From Candidatus Moraniibacteriota bacterium (GTDB lineage Bacteria > Patescibacteriota > Minisyncoccia > Moranbacterales > UBA2206): DNA of 64,000 bases. Both the position numbers and the translations under genes were made by a program. The stretch lies in contig DMXN01000032.1 of assembly GCA_003482885.1 (NCBI GenBank), positions 13,129 to 77,128 of the forward strand, in the 5' to 3' direction. Positions 29,605-38,342 of this stretch are shown piece by piece (position 1 is the first letter of the stretch; each line of letters starts with the position of its first letter). Below the pieces are notes generated by a model. It worked only from the letters and a program-made list of their open reading frames with translations. It was not told the DNA's origin and did not search any database.

Positions 29605-30537
29605 TTAACAGGTTATTCTAAAAATATCACACAATATTTCCTTAACAACATTTCGTTTTTTTCCGGAGGATGGGAAATAGTGAATAGAAATATCCGGATG
29701 AGCGTTTACTTCCAAGAAATATATTTTCTGCGCTGAAGCACTGAGCGAAATATCTTCACAAATAATATCCACACCGGCTAATTTCAAATTAACCAAACGA
29801 GCAGCCTTTAGCGCAAGCTGTTTAATGCTCTCGTTAACAATGTCCGTGCAATCAATGGATGTTCCTCCTTCTGCCAAACAAGAGTTATTTTGCAAGTATA
29901 CCACAACATCTTTTGGAGGAATAAAGTCGAGCGAGTATGCTTCCTTGCTAATCGCAGACAGCACCTTGTCATTGAGTATTATTTTTTTCCCCAGTCTTTC
30001 GTTTTTATATTTAATTAACTCCTCGATAGAATCTTTTCCGTTTCCCATTATTTGAGGCAAAATCATATTCAAACATCCCAGTATTCTATTTCCGTAAACA
30101 AGTATACGATATTCCTTTCCAAATATCATTTCTTGAATAACCAGCCCTCTTTTGAAATTAGGCAATATGCCGGAAAGTTCTTCCTTATTTTTAATATTTG
30201 GAAAGATATTTATGCTTCTTGCTCCGCTATTTTCTTTGACAATTGCAGGAAATTTAATTGTGCCAATAGCATTTTTCGCTTCCATAGCATTTTTAAAATA
30301 AAGACTGTTGGGAAGCGGTATGCTATTTTTTAGCCAAACATAATAGGCAAGACTTTTATTTTTGGAAAGTCTGATGCTTTCCGAATTTGGATTATCTGCT
30401 ATATGGAATGAACCATAAACGACTATCTCAGTTTTACCATTGGATATAAACACGACTTTCTTACCCAAGGGAGGTATTTCTGTTTTTAATCCAAGTCTTT
30501 TCGCCTCTCCAACGATTATTTTGAAATTTTCACTCAT
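29605..30537 (-). CDS. ATP-grasp ligase (RimK/cyanophycin-synthetase-like)
   Basis: FPAIVKENSGARSINIF…GLVIQEMIFGKEYRILV…FLEVNAHPD are ATP-grasp motifs; 310 aa. Confidence 0.6.
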   Translation of the reverse strand: MSENFKIIVGEAKRLGLKTEIPPLGKKVVFISNGKTEIVVYGSFHIADNPNSESIRLSKNKSLAYYVWLKNSIPLPNSLYFKNAMEAKNAIGTIKFPAIVKENSGARSINIFPNIKNKEELSGILPNFKRGLVIQEMIFGKEYRILVYGNRILGCLNMILPQIMGNGKDSIEELIKYKNERLGKKIILNDKVLSAISKEAYSLDFIPPKDVVVYLQNNSCLAEGGTSIDCTDIVNESIKQLALKAARLVNLKLAGVDIICEDISLSASAQKIYFLEVNAHPDISIHYFPSSGKKRNVVKEILCDIFRITC

Positions 30538-31943
30538 TTGCTTGTGTTAATTAAAAATTTACTCAAATTTCTTCTGCCAATAATCATTTGATAATTCAAA
30601 GTTGCTCGATCCGCAATATTAACTTTTGTTTCTATGTTTATAGTATCCAAAACAAATGAAATTTTTACCATTGGACGAATGGATGATCCGCTGGCAGAAA
30701 ACACAACAGCAATATCTTCAAGTTCCGGAATTGAATTTTTATATTTTTTCAAAATATTTTCTTTGATGACTTTCTCATTTTCTGGCGTAATAACATATCC
30801 TGACAAATCAATTGCGGCGAATTTTTCTACCACTTCAGAAAATCCCAATTCTTTCGCCAGTTCCGTATCAATCGAAGTTGAATATGCTCCTGTGTCAATT
30901 TTCGCTTCCACTTCGATTTCTTTCCCGTCTTTGCCGATCAGTTTTACTTTTTCCACTGTGCCGATTACTTTTTTTCCGGAAATTTCTTCCAATTCTTCCT
31001 CGATTTCTCCTCCGAAAAGATCCATCCCAACGCGAATGCCTTTTTTAATGGTTTTAATTTTAATTCCCGCCGCTTTTTTCAATCTTCTTTTTAATCCGTC
31101 AAGATTGGCGATTTGAATCGCCAATCCCGGTCGCGCGTTGAGTTCCAAAATTACCGGACCGCGTTCTTTATCAATCGCGATGTCTACGCCCAAAAAACCC
31201 AGATTGGAAATTTCTTGCGAGCGGACCGCTAAATTTAAAATATCCATCCAATAAGGAATTTTAATTCCGGAAAGTAAAAGTCTTGTACCGGGCAAATATT
31301 CAATAATTTTTTTCTTGCCTAAAACAGCCGTAGTCGTTACGCCGGAAGCCAAATCTATTCCCACGCCGATCGCGCCTTGCGCTAAATTGGCTTTGCCATT
31401 GGATTCTTTGGTCGGCAAACGCAACATCGCCATAATCGGAATTTTATTAAAAACAATCACGCGAATATCGGGAATTCCTTTATACGCGTAAGGTTTGAAA
31501 AGTTTCAAAAGTTTCAACCGCTCTTCGAAAAAAGCGACATCTGGAATACCGGACAAAGAATATGATCCGTCCAAAATGTTTATAATATGATTTTTCAAAT
31601 CGGAAATAGAAATCAACGAACCATCGGCTTTTATCCACGCGTCGGATCGTTTTTTGCTTTTTCCATAAAGCACGACAATCCCCTCGCCGCCAAAACCGCG
31701 ATTGGGCTTCAAAACAAAACTGTCCGGCAATGCTTGCCAATTAAAATTATCCAAATCGGTTTGATTTTTAATTTGCGCAATAAGCGCCGGAACGGCAATA
31801 TCATTTTTTTTAAGAATTCTTTTGCTGAACAATTTATTATCCGCCAATTTTTTGGCGCGCGCGCGATTGAAAGGGCGGATATATTCCAAGTTTCTGGAAT
31901 TCATCCCCAATATTCCCCGACTTTTTTTAATAAACTCGAACAT
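30534..31943 (-). CDS. Alpha-L-glutamate ligase-like ATP-grasp (RimK-related) fused to a C-terminal retropepsin-like (DTGA) domain
   Basis: N-terminal MNSRNLEYIRPFN… then FVLKPNRGFGGEGIVV…ILELNARPG (ATP-grasp). The C-terminal ~130 aa read GTVEKVKLIGKDGKEIEVEAKIDTGAYSTSID, i.e. an aspartyl-protease DTGA, PF05618-like. Confidence 0.65.
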   Translation of the reverse strand: MFEFIKKSRGILGMNSRNLEYIRPFNRARAKKLADNKLFSKRILKKNDIAVPALIAQIKNQTDLDNFNWQALPDSFVLKPNRGFGGEGIVVLYGKSKKRSDAWIKADGSLISISDLKNHIINILDGSYSLSGIPDVAFFEERLKLLKLFKPYAYKGIPDIRVIVFNKIPIMAMLRLPTKESNGKANLAQGAIGVGIDLASGVTTTAVLGKKKIIEYLPGTRLLLSGIKIPYWMDILNLAVRSQEISNLGFLGVDIAIDKERGPVILELNARPGLAIQIANLDGLKRRLKKAAGIKIKTIKKGIRVGMDLFGGEIEEELEEISGKKVIGTVEKVKLIGKDGKEIEVEAKIDTGAYSTSIDTELAKELGFSEVVEKFAAIDLSGYVITPENEKVIKENILKKYKNSIPELEDIAVVFSASGSSIRPMVKISFVLDTINIETKVNIADRATLNYQMIIGRRNLSKFLINTSK

Positions 31944-31956
31944 ATTGTAAAAAAAC

Positions 31957-32604
31957 TTATTTCATTATTTCCTTAAATCGAAGATACTCGCTGAAACGCA
32001 AACCCGTCCATTTGCCGAGAATAATATTAATCGGAATAGTGAAAAGAATAATCCAAGGATAAGCAATGATAAAATTAACCAGCGCGCTCCAACCGGCAAT
32101 ATAGAAACCGAGAATGGAAATGACCAAAGTTTCCGCCGCCAAAATAATAGCGACACGGTCGCCTTTCTCAATTTGCACAGCGATAAATTTTTCCACCAAC
32201 GAAATCATAATTAAAATAGGAAAAATAGATACCGAGGCCAGTCCGGTTCTTTTAACACTTCCGCCGATTGCCAACATCGCTAAAATAGAAAGCGCGACAA
32301 TCGTAAGCATAATCGCCACGCGCGGAAGGTAAAGCAAACGAAAAGATTTCAAAGCGATTCTCATCAGCATCCCGATTAAAATAATCGTAATAAAAATAGC
32401 GATGCCGTATTTGATGCCGTTGGTAGCCAAAAAAGCAAAGGTAATTAACAACGGAGTATAAATTCCAAAAGCCTTAATTCCCACCACTTGTCGCAAAAAA
32501 GCGATAAATGTCGCGATAATCGGCAACATTAAAATCAGCTTAACCGTTTCAAAAGGCACGCCTTGGTTTAATAAAAAGTTGACTACTGAGCTGGTGTTTA
32601 ACAT
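31957..32604 (-). CDS. 7TM integral membrane protein (the 7TM module usually partnered with RimK-like ATP-grasp and retropepsin-like genes)
   Basis: 215 aa with about 7 predicted hydrophobic helices, 13 nt upstream of the ATP-grasp/retropepsin gene. Confidence 0.55.
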   Translation of the reverse strand: MLNTSSVVNFLLNQGVPFETVKLILMLPIIATFIAFLRQVVGIKAFGIYTPLLITFAFLATNGIKYGIAIFITIILIGMLMRIALKSFRLLYLPRVAIMLTIVALSILAMLAIGGSVKRTGLASVSIFPILIMISLVEKFIAVQIEKGDRVAIILAAETLVISILGFYIAGWSALVNFIIAYPWIILFTIPINIILGKWTGLRFSEYLRFKEIMK

Positions 32605-32615
32605 AAATTAAAAAA

Positions 32616-33134
32616 TTATTTTAAATTATTAAATTTTCTGCTATTTATATGGCACACCGCGATCGCCAACGCATCGGCTGTGTCATCCGGTTTGGGAATG
32701 CGGTTTAAATGCAAAATATTTTTTGTCATCAACTGCATTTGTTTTTTTTCCGCTCGACCATAACCGGTCAGAGCCTGTTTGACTTGCAACGGAGTATAAC
32801 CGAAAACTTTAACATTATTCTGCCTTAAAGTCAAGAGCATCGCTCCTCTAGATTGCGCCACTTGAATAACCGTTTTTTGATTTTTGAAAAAAAACAAACT
32901 TTCAATCGCCGCTTCGGCCGGCTTATGTTTTTTGATTATTTTTTCTAAATCCTGTGCCATTTCTAAAATCCGACTATCATCGGAATTACTTTTCGCAGTG
33001 CTAATATCGCCATAGGCCGCAGAAAATATTTCCCCGTTTTTTTCTTCCACAATCGCCCAGCCGGTCGTGGCTGTTCCTGGGTCAATGCCGAGAATGCGCA
33101 AAGTAGAATTTGAATTGCCAATTATTTTTTTCAT
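32616..33134 (-). CDS. ruvC: Holliday junction resolvase RuvC
   Basis: LRILGIDPGTATTGWAIVE carries the catalytic Asp of the RNase H fold, and the C-terminus reads DTADALAIAVCH. Confidence 0.85.
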   Translation of the reverse strand: MKKIIGNSNSTLRILGIDPGTATTGWAIVEEKNGEIFSAAYGDISTAKSNSDDSRILEMAQDLEKIIKKHKPAEAAIESLFFFKNQKTVIQVAQSRGAMLLTLRQNNVKVFGYTPLQVKQALTGYGRAEKKQMQLMTKNILHLNRIPKPDDTADALAIAVCHINSRKFNNLK

Positions 33135-33190
33135 ATTTACTTTGCTATTCTTTATATTATAATACTAAAATAAGATTCGAGAAAATTTTT

Positions 33191-33967
33191 TTATCCCAAT
33201 CTCTGCTTGACATATTCCCGAAAACGCAAAACTCTTTCTTGATCATCGGGCTTGAGAAGAAACGGAAAGACATCTTTGGTCAATTTCGCCAAATCTAAAT
33301 CGCCGATTGAGGCTAGTAATTTTTCTTTTAATTCGTCTTTATTTTTAATACCAAATTTAAACGATAAATATTCATAATTAAAATCTCCCCTACCAAGCAA
33401 ATAACTCAGGTCATAAAAATCTCTGCCCTTCATTCTTTTTCTGCCAAAAATAGCTGCCACTTTCATCGACAAAATAATATCAATCGGCGTTATTTTAATA
33501 TTGCGAAATACATCAAACTTTTGCAATAAATAATTTTGTGGCACATACTCAAAACTATGCGGCACTGTGTCAATTTGAATTAGAATTTTTTCATTCTCCG
33601 CCACGCTCAAATTATTTGCTTGCAAAATTCTGGGAATTTTTATGTGGCAATGAAAGGCTCCTTTAAAAACATTCCTCATTTCAATTTCATAACCTTCGAG
33701 TTCCAACTCCTTTTTAATAATTTTTGACAACTCTATGAATTCATCGGCAGTCAAACCGAAATTATCGAAATCCAAGTCTTCGGAAAAACGCGCGCTGCCA
33801 TAACAAATTTTGATGGCTGTGCCACCTAAAAAAGAAAGCTTGGCGCCGATTTCCTGCTTGAAAATTATATCCAAAATTTTGTATTGCAAATATTCCCGCA
33901 AAATACCACGATCAAAACCGACTAAATTATTTGGATAGTGCTTTTTTATTTCACTGATACTGATCAT
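33191..33967 (-). CDS. AbiEii-family nucleotidyltransferase toxin, pair #2
   Basis: LSFLGGTAIKICYGSARFSEDLDFDN; 4-nt overlap with the upstream antitoxin. Confidence 0.8.
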   Translation of the reverse strand: MISISEIKKHYPNNLVGFDRGILREYLQYKILDIIFKQEIGAKLSFLGGTAIKICYGSARFSEDLDFDNFGLTADEFIELSKIIKKELELEGYEIEMRNVFKGAFHCHIKIPRILQANNLSVAENEKILIQIDTVPHSFEYVPQNYLLQKFDVFRNIKITPIDIILSMKVAAIFGRKRMKGRDFYDLSYLLGRGDFNYEYLSFKFGIKNKDELKEKLLASIGDLDLAKLTKDVFPFLLKPDDQERVLRFREYVKQRLG

Positions 33968-34578
33968 AATTTTATAACTTTATTTAATCTTTTAATTTTT
34001 TTGCTTAATGTGTTTGAATTAAATTCTTTTAAATATTTTTTCAATTTTTCTTGATTAATAAGTTCATGATAAATTTCTTCATTTAGTCTTAATTCTGAAA
34101 TATCATCTTCAGTTCGTATATCACTGCGCAAATACAAAAAATCCAAAATCGCTTTTTCCGGCTCGGCGATTTTATATGCCACATTGCCATTGTTAACAAT
34201 TTTATAACCGAAAAACAAATTTTCTTTTATTGAACGATATTGAAAATTGCCAATAGAAGTTTCTAACATTCTGGTTTTTCTGGTCGCAATGCAGGTTGTC
34301 AAAAAAACAACCTCCGGAATTAAGTTGTAAATCCTTAAAGCGGATTCCATGCTGACATAAGACGGCTCGACTAATTTGTTGCTGATAAAATAATTTTCAT
34401 TTTCATCAATCGTCTTGTCCGCGAAAACATAAAATAAATTGAAAAGTTTTTTAATATAACCTTTTTTTTGCCATTCATAAAATCGCCTAGATTCAAAATC
34501 AGGAAAAATATTCTTCACTTCCCGCATATCAATCAGTGCTCGATTTTTAAAAGTATTATAAAAATCTAGATATTTCAT
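33964..34578 (-). CDS. AbiEi-family antitoxin, pair #2
   Basis: …PSYVSMESALRIYNLIPEVVF… matches the AbiEi pattern; 204 aa. Confidence 0.7.
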   Translation of the reverse strand: MKYLDFYNTFKNRALIDMREVKNIFPDFESRRFYEWQKKGYIKKLFNLFYVFADKTIDENENYFISNKLVEPSYVSMESALRIYNLIPEVVFLTTCIATRKTRMLETSIGNFQYRSIKENLFFGYKIVNNGNVAYKIAEPEKAILDFLYLRSDIRTEDDISELRLNEEIYHELINQEKLKKYLKEFNSNTLSKKIKRLNKVIKL

Positions 34579-34758
34579 TTCTTTTTTTAGTTATTTTTAA
34601 CCAATATCTGAAATAATTATAACATATCTGAGAAAAATTGCAAGTTTTGAGAAAATCATCATATTTTCTTGCCGGCGCTTTTGCAAATGAAATTGAGCCG
34701 TTCTTTTAGGACAAAAAACATAATCGCGCAAGATATCGCGCAAAGAAATTTTTTAAAT

Positions 34759-34789
34759 AAAAAAAGCCGACTCTTTTCCTAGAGACGGC
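34759..34789 (-). terminator. Terminator of the radical SAM/peptide operon
   Basis: Hairpin gccgactc-ttttccta-gagacggc (34766-34789, one mismatch) followed on the minus strand by a T-run. Confidence 0.4.
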
Positions 34790-34820
34790 TGAAAATGTTT
34801 ATTCTTGAAGAAAATCAGAG

Positions 34821-35813
34821 TTATGCCATTACATATTCTGCTCTGATTTTCTCGATTAGTTCAATCCGAGAAAAAATTTCTTCAGGTTCTTCAGAAATAT
34901 TCCCGATCGGTCGATTGACATTTCGCGCTTGGTCGACGCAGAAAACGATTTTACCGCGATGGTCGATACGCAATCCGCGACGGAATTCCGCGGGAGAACT
35001 TTCCAGCATCACCCGCAGAGTGCTTCTGTTAGCGATGGGTTTCTCAATGAAAGTTATTTTTTCTGCGCTTACTTTTTTCACATCCTCGCGAACACAATCA
35101 GAAAACGCATAAAAAATTTCTTTGTCGAGATAATCTCCTTTGACGGAGATTAACATTTCCCGAGGCGGATTAGAAACGAGATTGTTAATCGTATCCATAA
35201 AGACACCAACTTTTATATCTCTAGGATACAGCGGGAACATGTGAATATTTCTGACTCCCAAGTCCCGCAAAAATTTCGCAAACTCGTTCAATTGCGGTGC
35301 AGATTTTTCGTCAACCTTGTGCAAAACAAAAACGTCTGCGCCAGTGTCGAGAAGATATTTAATGCCGGAAATTGTTTTGGCAAAATTGCCCTTTCCCCTT
35401 GTCGCTTCGTGAACTTCTTCAAGCCCATCGAGCGACACATCGACGAAAGAAACAAGGCCTGCCAATTTTTTGGCATACTCTTTTGTCATGAGCGTGCCGT
35501 TTGTGATAACACCCACTTTTGGAATGCCCATCGCGCGTACTCCGCCAAGCACGGCAAAGGTTTTCTTGGGAGACAAAAAAGGTTCTCTCCCAACGATGGC
35601 GACACTCTCCAACCCGGAAAGCTTATGGACTTTCTGGATAAAGTTCAGCGTCGCATCCGTATCTATTTCCACAAATGACTCACCATTGATACCAGCAAGA
35701 TAACAATACGGGCAACGCAAGTTGCACATATTGTTGACGAACAGCGAGACACTTTTTATTTTGGGTGGTTTGGCTAACCGTCCCGCGCTTCCTTCAAATC
35801 CAACTGCGCACAT
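34821..35813 (-). CDS. Radical SAM enzyme (CxxxCxxC; no SPASM recognisable) with an N-terminal extension homologous to the upstream peptide
   Basis: MCAVGFEGSAGRLAKPPKIKSVSLFVNNMCNLRCPYCY is the 4Fe-4S cluster motif. REPFLSP, ITNGTL and VSLDG are rSAM core elements; 330 aa. Confidence 0.8.
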   Translation of the reverse strand: MCAVGFEGSAGRLAKPPKIKSVSLFVNNMCNLRCPYCYLAGINGESFVEIDTDATLNFIQKVHKLSGLESVAIVGREPFLSPKKTFAVLGGVRAMGIPKVGVITNGTLMTKEYAKKLAGLVSFVDVSLDGLEEVHEATRGKGNFAKTISGIKYLLDTGADVFVLHKVDEKSAPQLNEFAKFLRDLGVRNIHMFPLYPRDIKVGVFMDTINNLVSNPPREMLISVKGDYLDKEIFYAFSDCVREDVKKVSAEKITFIEKPIANRSTLRVMLESSPAEFRRGLRIDHRGKIVFCVDQARNVNRPIGNISEEPEEIFSRIELIEKIRAEYVMA

Positions 35814-35935
35814 TATTCACTCACCTCCTCTTCATTGTCGCAAGAAGTTGATTCTTCTGTTGCCGGCTTTGTCTCTATTTCTTCCTTGTCGTCCTCTTGT
35901 AATTGCCCTGCACTTCCTTCAAATCCTAACGCCAT
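35813..35935 (-). CDS. 40-aa highly acidic peptide (candidate RiPP-type precursor), translationally coupled to the radical SAM gene
   Basis: MALGFEGSAGQLQEDDKEEIETKPATEESTSCDNEEEVSE. GGAGGT lies 6 nt upstream of the ATG, and its stop TAA overlaps the rSAM ATG (TAATG). Its first 10 residues are repeated at the rSAM N-terminus. It is not in the ORF track because it is below the length cutoff. Confidence 0.5.
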   Translation of the reverse strand: MALGFEGSAGQLQEDDKEEIETKPATEESTSCDNEEEVSE

Positions 35936-36126
35936 GAGAGTACCTCCAAATATTAAGTTTTATAAGAACTGAAAACCGCTCCTTATTTAAACCATACAAG
36001 TAATTTATTTATTTTGTTTTCAAGTCAATACATTTTTAAATTATATTAGCAAATAACATCCTTTACGAAGCCAAAATTTGAACAAAATAATTTGACTTTT
36101 TCGACAACATAAAGTACCCTTGAATT

Positions 36127-36918
36127 ATGAATTATTCAAACAAACTTAAAAAAATAGGATTTTCCGAAGCGGAAGCCGCGGTTTATTTGGCTTGTTTGGA
36201 ATTGGGCGGAGCTAAAGCCTCTGAAATTGCCAAAAAAACAAATTTATTGCGCACTTCAATTTATACTGTCAGCAAAGCGCTTCTTGAAAAAAGTTATCTT
36301 CAAAAAAGCAAGCATGGCAAAATAGACAAATTTATTGCGCGCGATCCCAAAATAATTTTGGAAGAAACCCGAGAAAATCTCGATTCGTTCGCCGCGATTG
36401 TTCCCAATCTCGGAAATCTCATGAATCTTGCCGCCAAATGTCCAAAAGTAGAATTTTCCGAAACCAAAGAAGGAATTTTGAATATTTACAAACAAATAAT
36501 AAAGGCTGACAGAAAATATCCAATCTGTCTTATCGAGTCAGGCAAAGCAGTTGAAAAAATTTATGAGATTTCCGGATGGGACTTTGTTTATGAATGGCAA
36601 AAAAAGTTTTCAGAAAAAGATATCGCGGTTAAAGGAATTATCACAGATGACCTGCTTCCTGTTTTTGAAAAAATTCCAGAGAAGATAAAGAATTTGCTCA
36701 GCAGAAGAACTCAAATTGCACGAGTTATTAAAAAAGAGGAATTTCCTTTTTCAATCAATCTCTATCTTATGTATCCCAACCTTGTCTATTTTATAGTTCC
36801 TGATAGCTTGTTTGTCCTCAGTATTGAAAACAAGGATATTTATATTTCTCTAAAATCTATGTTTGAAGGATTATATGAAAAAACAAAATCAGTGGATGCA
36901 AAAGAAATTTTTGGATAA
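36127..36918 (+). CDS. TrmB-family transcriptional regulator
   Basis: LKKIGFSEAEAAVYLACLELGGAKASEIAKKTNLLRTSIYTVSKAL is a TrmB-type wHTH. It is divergent from the peptide/rSAM operon. Confidence 0.7.
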   Translation: MNYSNKLKKIGFSEAEAAVYLACLELGGAKASEIAKKTNLLRTSIYTVSKALLEKSYLQKSKHGKIDKFIARDPKIILEETRENLDSFAAIVPNLGNLMNLAAKCPKVEFSETKEGILNIYKQIIKADRKYPICLIESGKAVEKIYEISGWDFVYEWQKKFSEKDIAVKGIITDDLLPVFEKIPEKIKNLLSRRTQIARVIKKEEFPFSINLYLMYPNLVYFIVPDSLFVLSIENKDIYISLKSMFEGLYEKTKSVDAKEIFG

Positions 36919-36919
36919 G

Positions 36920-37534
36920 TTATTTTTTATGCCCCCGTCCCTCATGCCATGGAAACATATCTCGTCGAAGTTTTGCCATTCGGCCGTCGGGATGATAGAA
37001 AACCAAACCTTCTGCCAGAACTTCGGGAAATTTGAATTTTTGATTGAAAATACTTGGTAAAGTTTTGAACCATTCGGAAATGGAATAGAAATCTTTTGGA
37101 TATTTATTTTGCACCCAAGTGTGCCAATGACAGCGTTCGCTCAAAACTTCAAAAGGGATAAAAATATTGCCAGTGATTTGGTGCGGATTGCCATTGAAAA
37201 GTTCGCCGATGAGCTCTCCATAATGATCGCCATCTTCCCAATTGGCGCACCAACCGCGCTTTATCGCCTGCGCGATACCTTCAAAACAAGCTGCTTCCCA
37301 ATTGGTTTTATGAATATTAAAAATATTTTTTTCATTTGTCCGATTAAAAATCTCAGAAATATTTCCATTTTTAATTCGAATGCAAATATTCGTTCCGTCA
37401 ATTTTATCTGATGCTCGCACTCCCGACTCAAAAACCCAAGAATAATCAGGATCAATTTCCGGTGTCACGATATATCGTCCGTCAATTTCTTTTCGCACAA
37501 ATGGCGAATGAAGTTTTGGAAAATCTTTTAGCAT
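36920..37534 (-). CDS. Minimal ATP-dependent RNA/DNA ligase-family nucleotidyltransferase (KxDG)
   Basis: SDKIDGTNICI is motif I (KxDG), AEGLVFYHPDG is motif IV (EG-V), and MAKLRR is a motif V-like region; 204 aa. Confidence 0.5.
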   Translation of the reverse strand: MLKDFPKLHSPFVRKEIDGRYIVTPEIDPDYSWVFESGVRASDKIDGTNICIRIKNGNISEIFNRTNEKNIFNIHKTNWEAACFEGIAQAIKRGWCANWEDGDHYGELIGELFNGNPHQITGNIFIPFEVLSERCHWHTWVQNKYPKDFYSISEWFKTLPSIFNQKFKFPEVLAEGLVFYHPDGRMAKLRRDMFPWHEGRGHKK

Positions 37535-37609
37535 ACTATTTCAACTTTAATTTCACAATTTATCTATGTGAGTATATGTGAGAAAACTATCAAAACTAAG
37601 TAAGCGCTT

Positions 37610-38329
37610 CTACAAATTATCAAAAATCTCCTGCGTATCGTCTTGGTCGTCCAGCGTTTCTAAAAGTTTTTCGTAATCCAGCCTGTCGGATTCAGAAAGA
37701 ACGGTTTTTTGCAAAGGAATAAATATCATCCCGACGGCTTCAATTTTCAAGCCGGGTTTTTCCAAATTTTCTTGAACGGTTTTCAAATTTTCCGGCAAGG
37801 TATAAATAGTCAAAATATTGTCAGCATAAATTGTGTCTTCGGCGCCGGCATCAATCGCTTTTTCTTCAATTTTATCAAGATCATTTTCATCTTGTACGGA
37901 AATATTAATACTGCCGACTTTTTTGAAATTCCACGACACACTGCCCACTTCGCCAAGTTTTCCACCGGCTTTCGTGAAAATGTTTTTTATTTCACTCACC
38001 GTTCGATTGCGATTGTCAGTGGCGGTTTTTATCAGCATCATAACGCCGCCCAGTCCCATGCCTTCATAAATTATTTCCGCGATTTCGTTGCCGTCTTTTA
38101 ATTCGCCCGTGCCTTTTTTGATGGCGCGGTCGATATTTTCTTTGGGCATATTGTCCAAACGGGCGCGATCAATCGCCAATCGCAATTGAAAATTAACGTC
38201 CGGATTGCCACCGCCATCGCGCGCCATAATTGTGATCATCTTGGCGTGTTTGGTAAAAATCTTGCCTCGTTTGGCATCGTTAATGCCCTTGCGATGTTTT
38301 ATTCCCGCCCAATGCGAATGTCCCGACAT
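37610..38329 (-). CDS. yebC: YebC/PmpR-family transcriptional regulator
   Basis: MSGHSHWAGIKHRKGINDAKRGKIFTKHAKMITIMARDGGGNPDVNFQLR is the canonical YebC N-terminus. Confidence 0.85.
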   Translation of the reverse strand: MSGHSHWAGIKHRKGINDAKRGKIFTKHAKMITIMARDGGGNPDVNFQLRLAIDRARLDNMPKENIDRAIKKGTGELKDGNEIAEIIYEGMGLGGVMMLIKTATDNRNRTVSEIKNIFTKAGGKLGEVGSVSWNFKKVGSINISVQDENDLDKIEEKAIDAGAEDTIYADNILTIYTLPENLKTVQENLEKPGLKIEAVGMIFIPLQKTVLSESDRLDYEKLLETLDDQDDTQEIFDNL

Positions 38330-38342
38330 AAATTTATAGATT

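Noticed and set aside
30634-31116. 160-aa plus-strand ORF inside the ATP-grasp/retropepsin gene
   Set aside because: Antisense, Ser/Phe-rich and low complexity.
34579-34660. A shared tgagaaaa(a)t…caag motif upstream of several AbiEi genes as a common operator
   Set aside because: It is AT-rich and short, is present in only three of four upstream regions and in variable positions, and could arise by chance in about 30% GC DNA.
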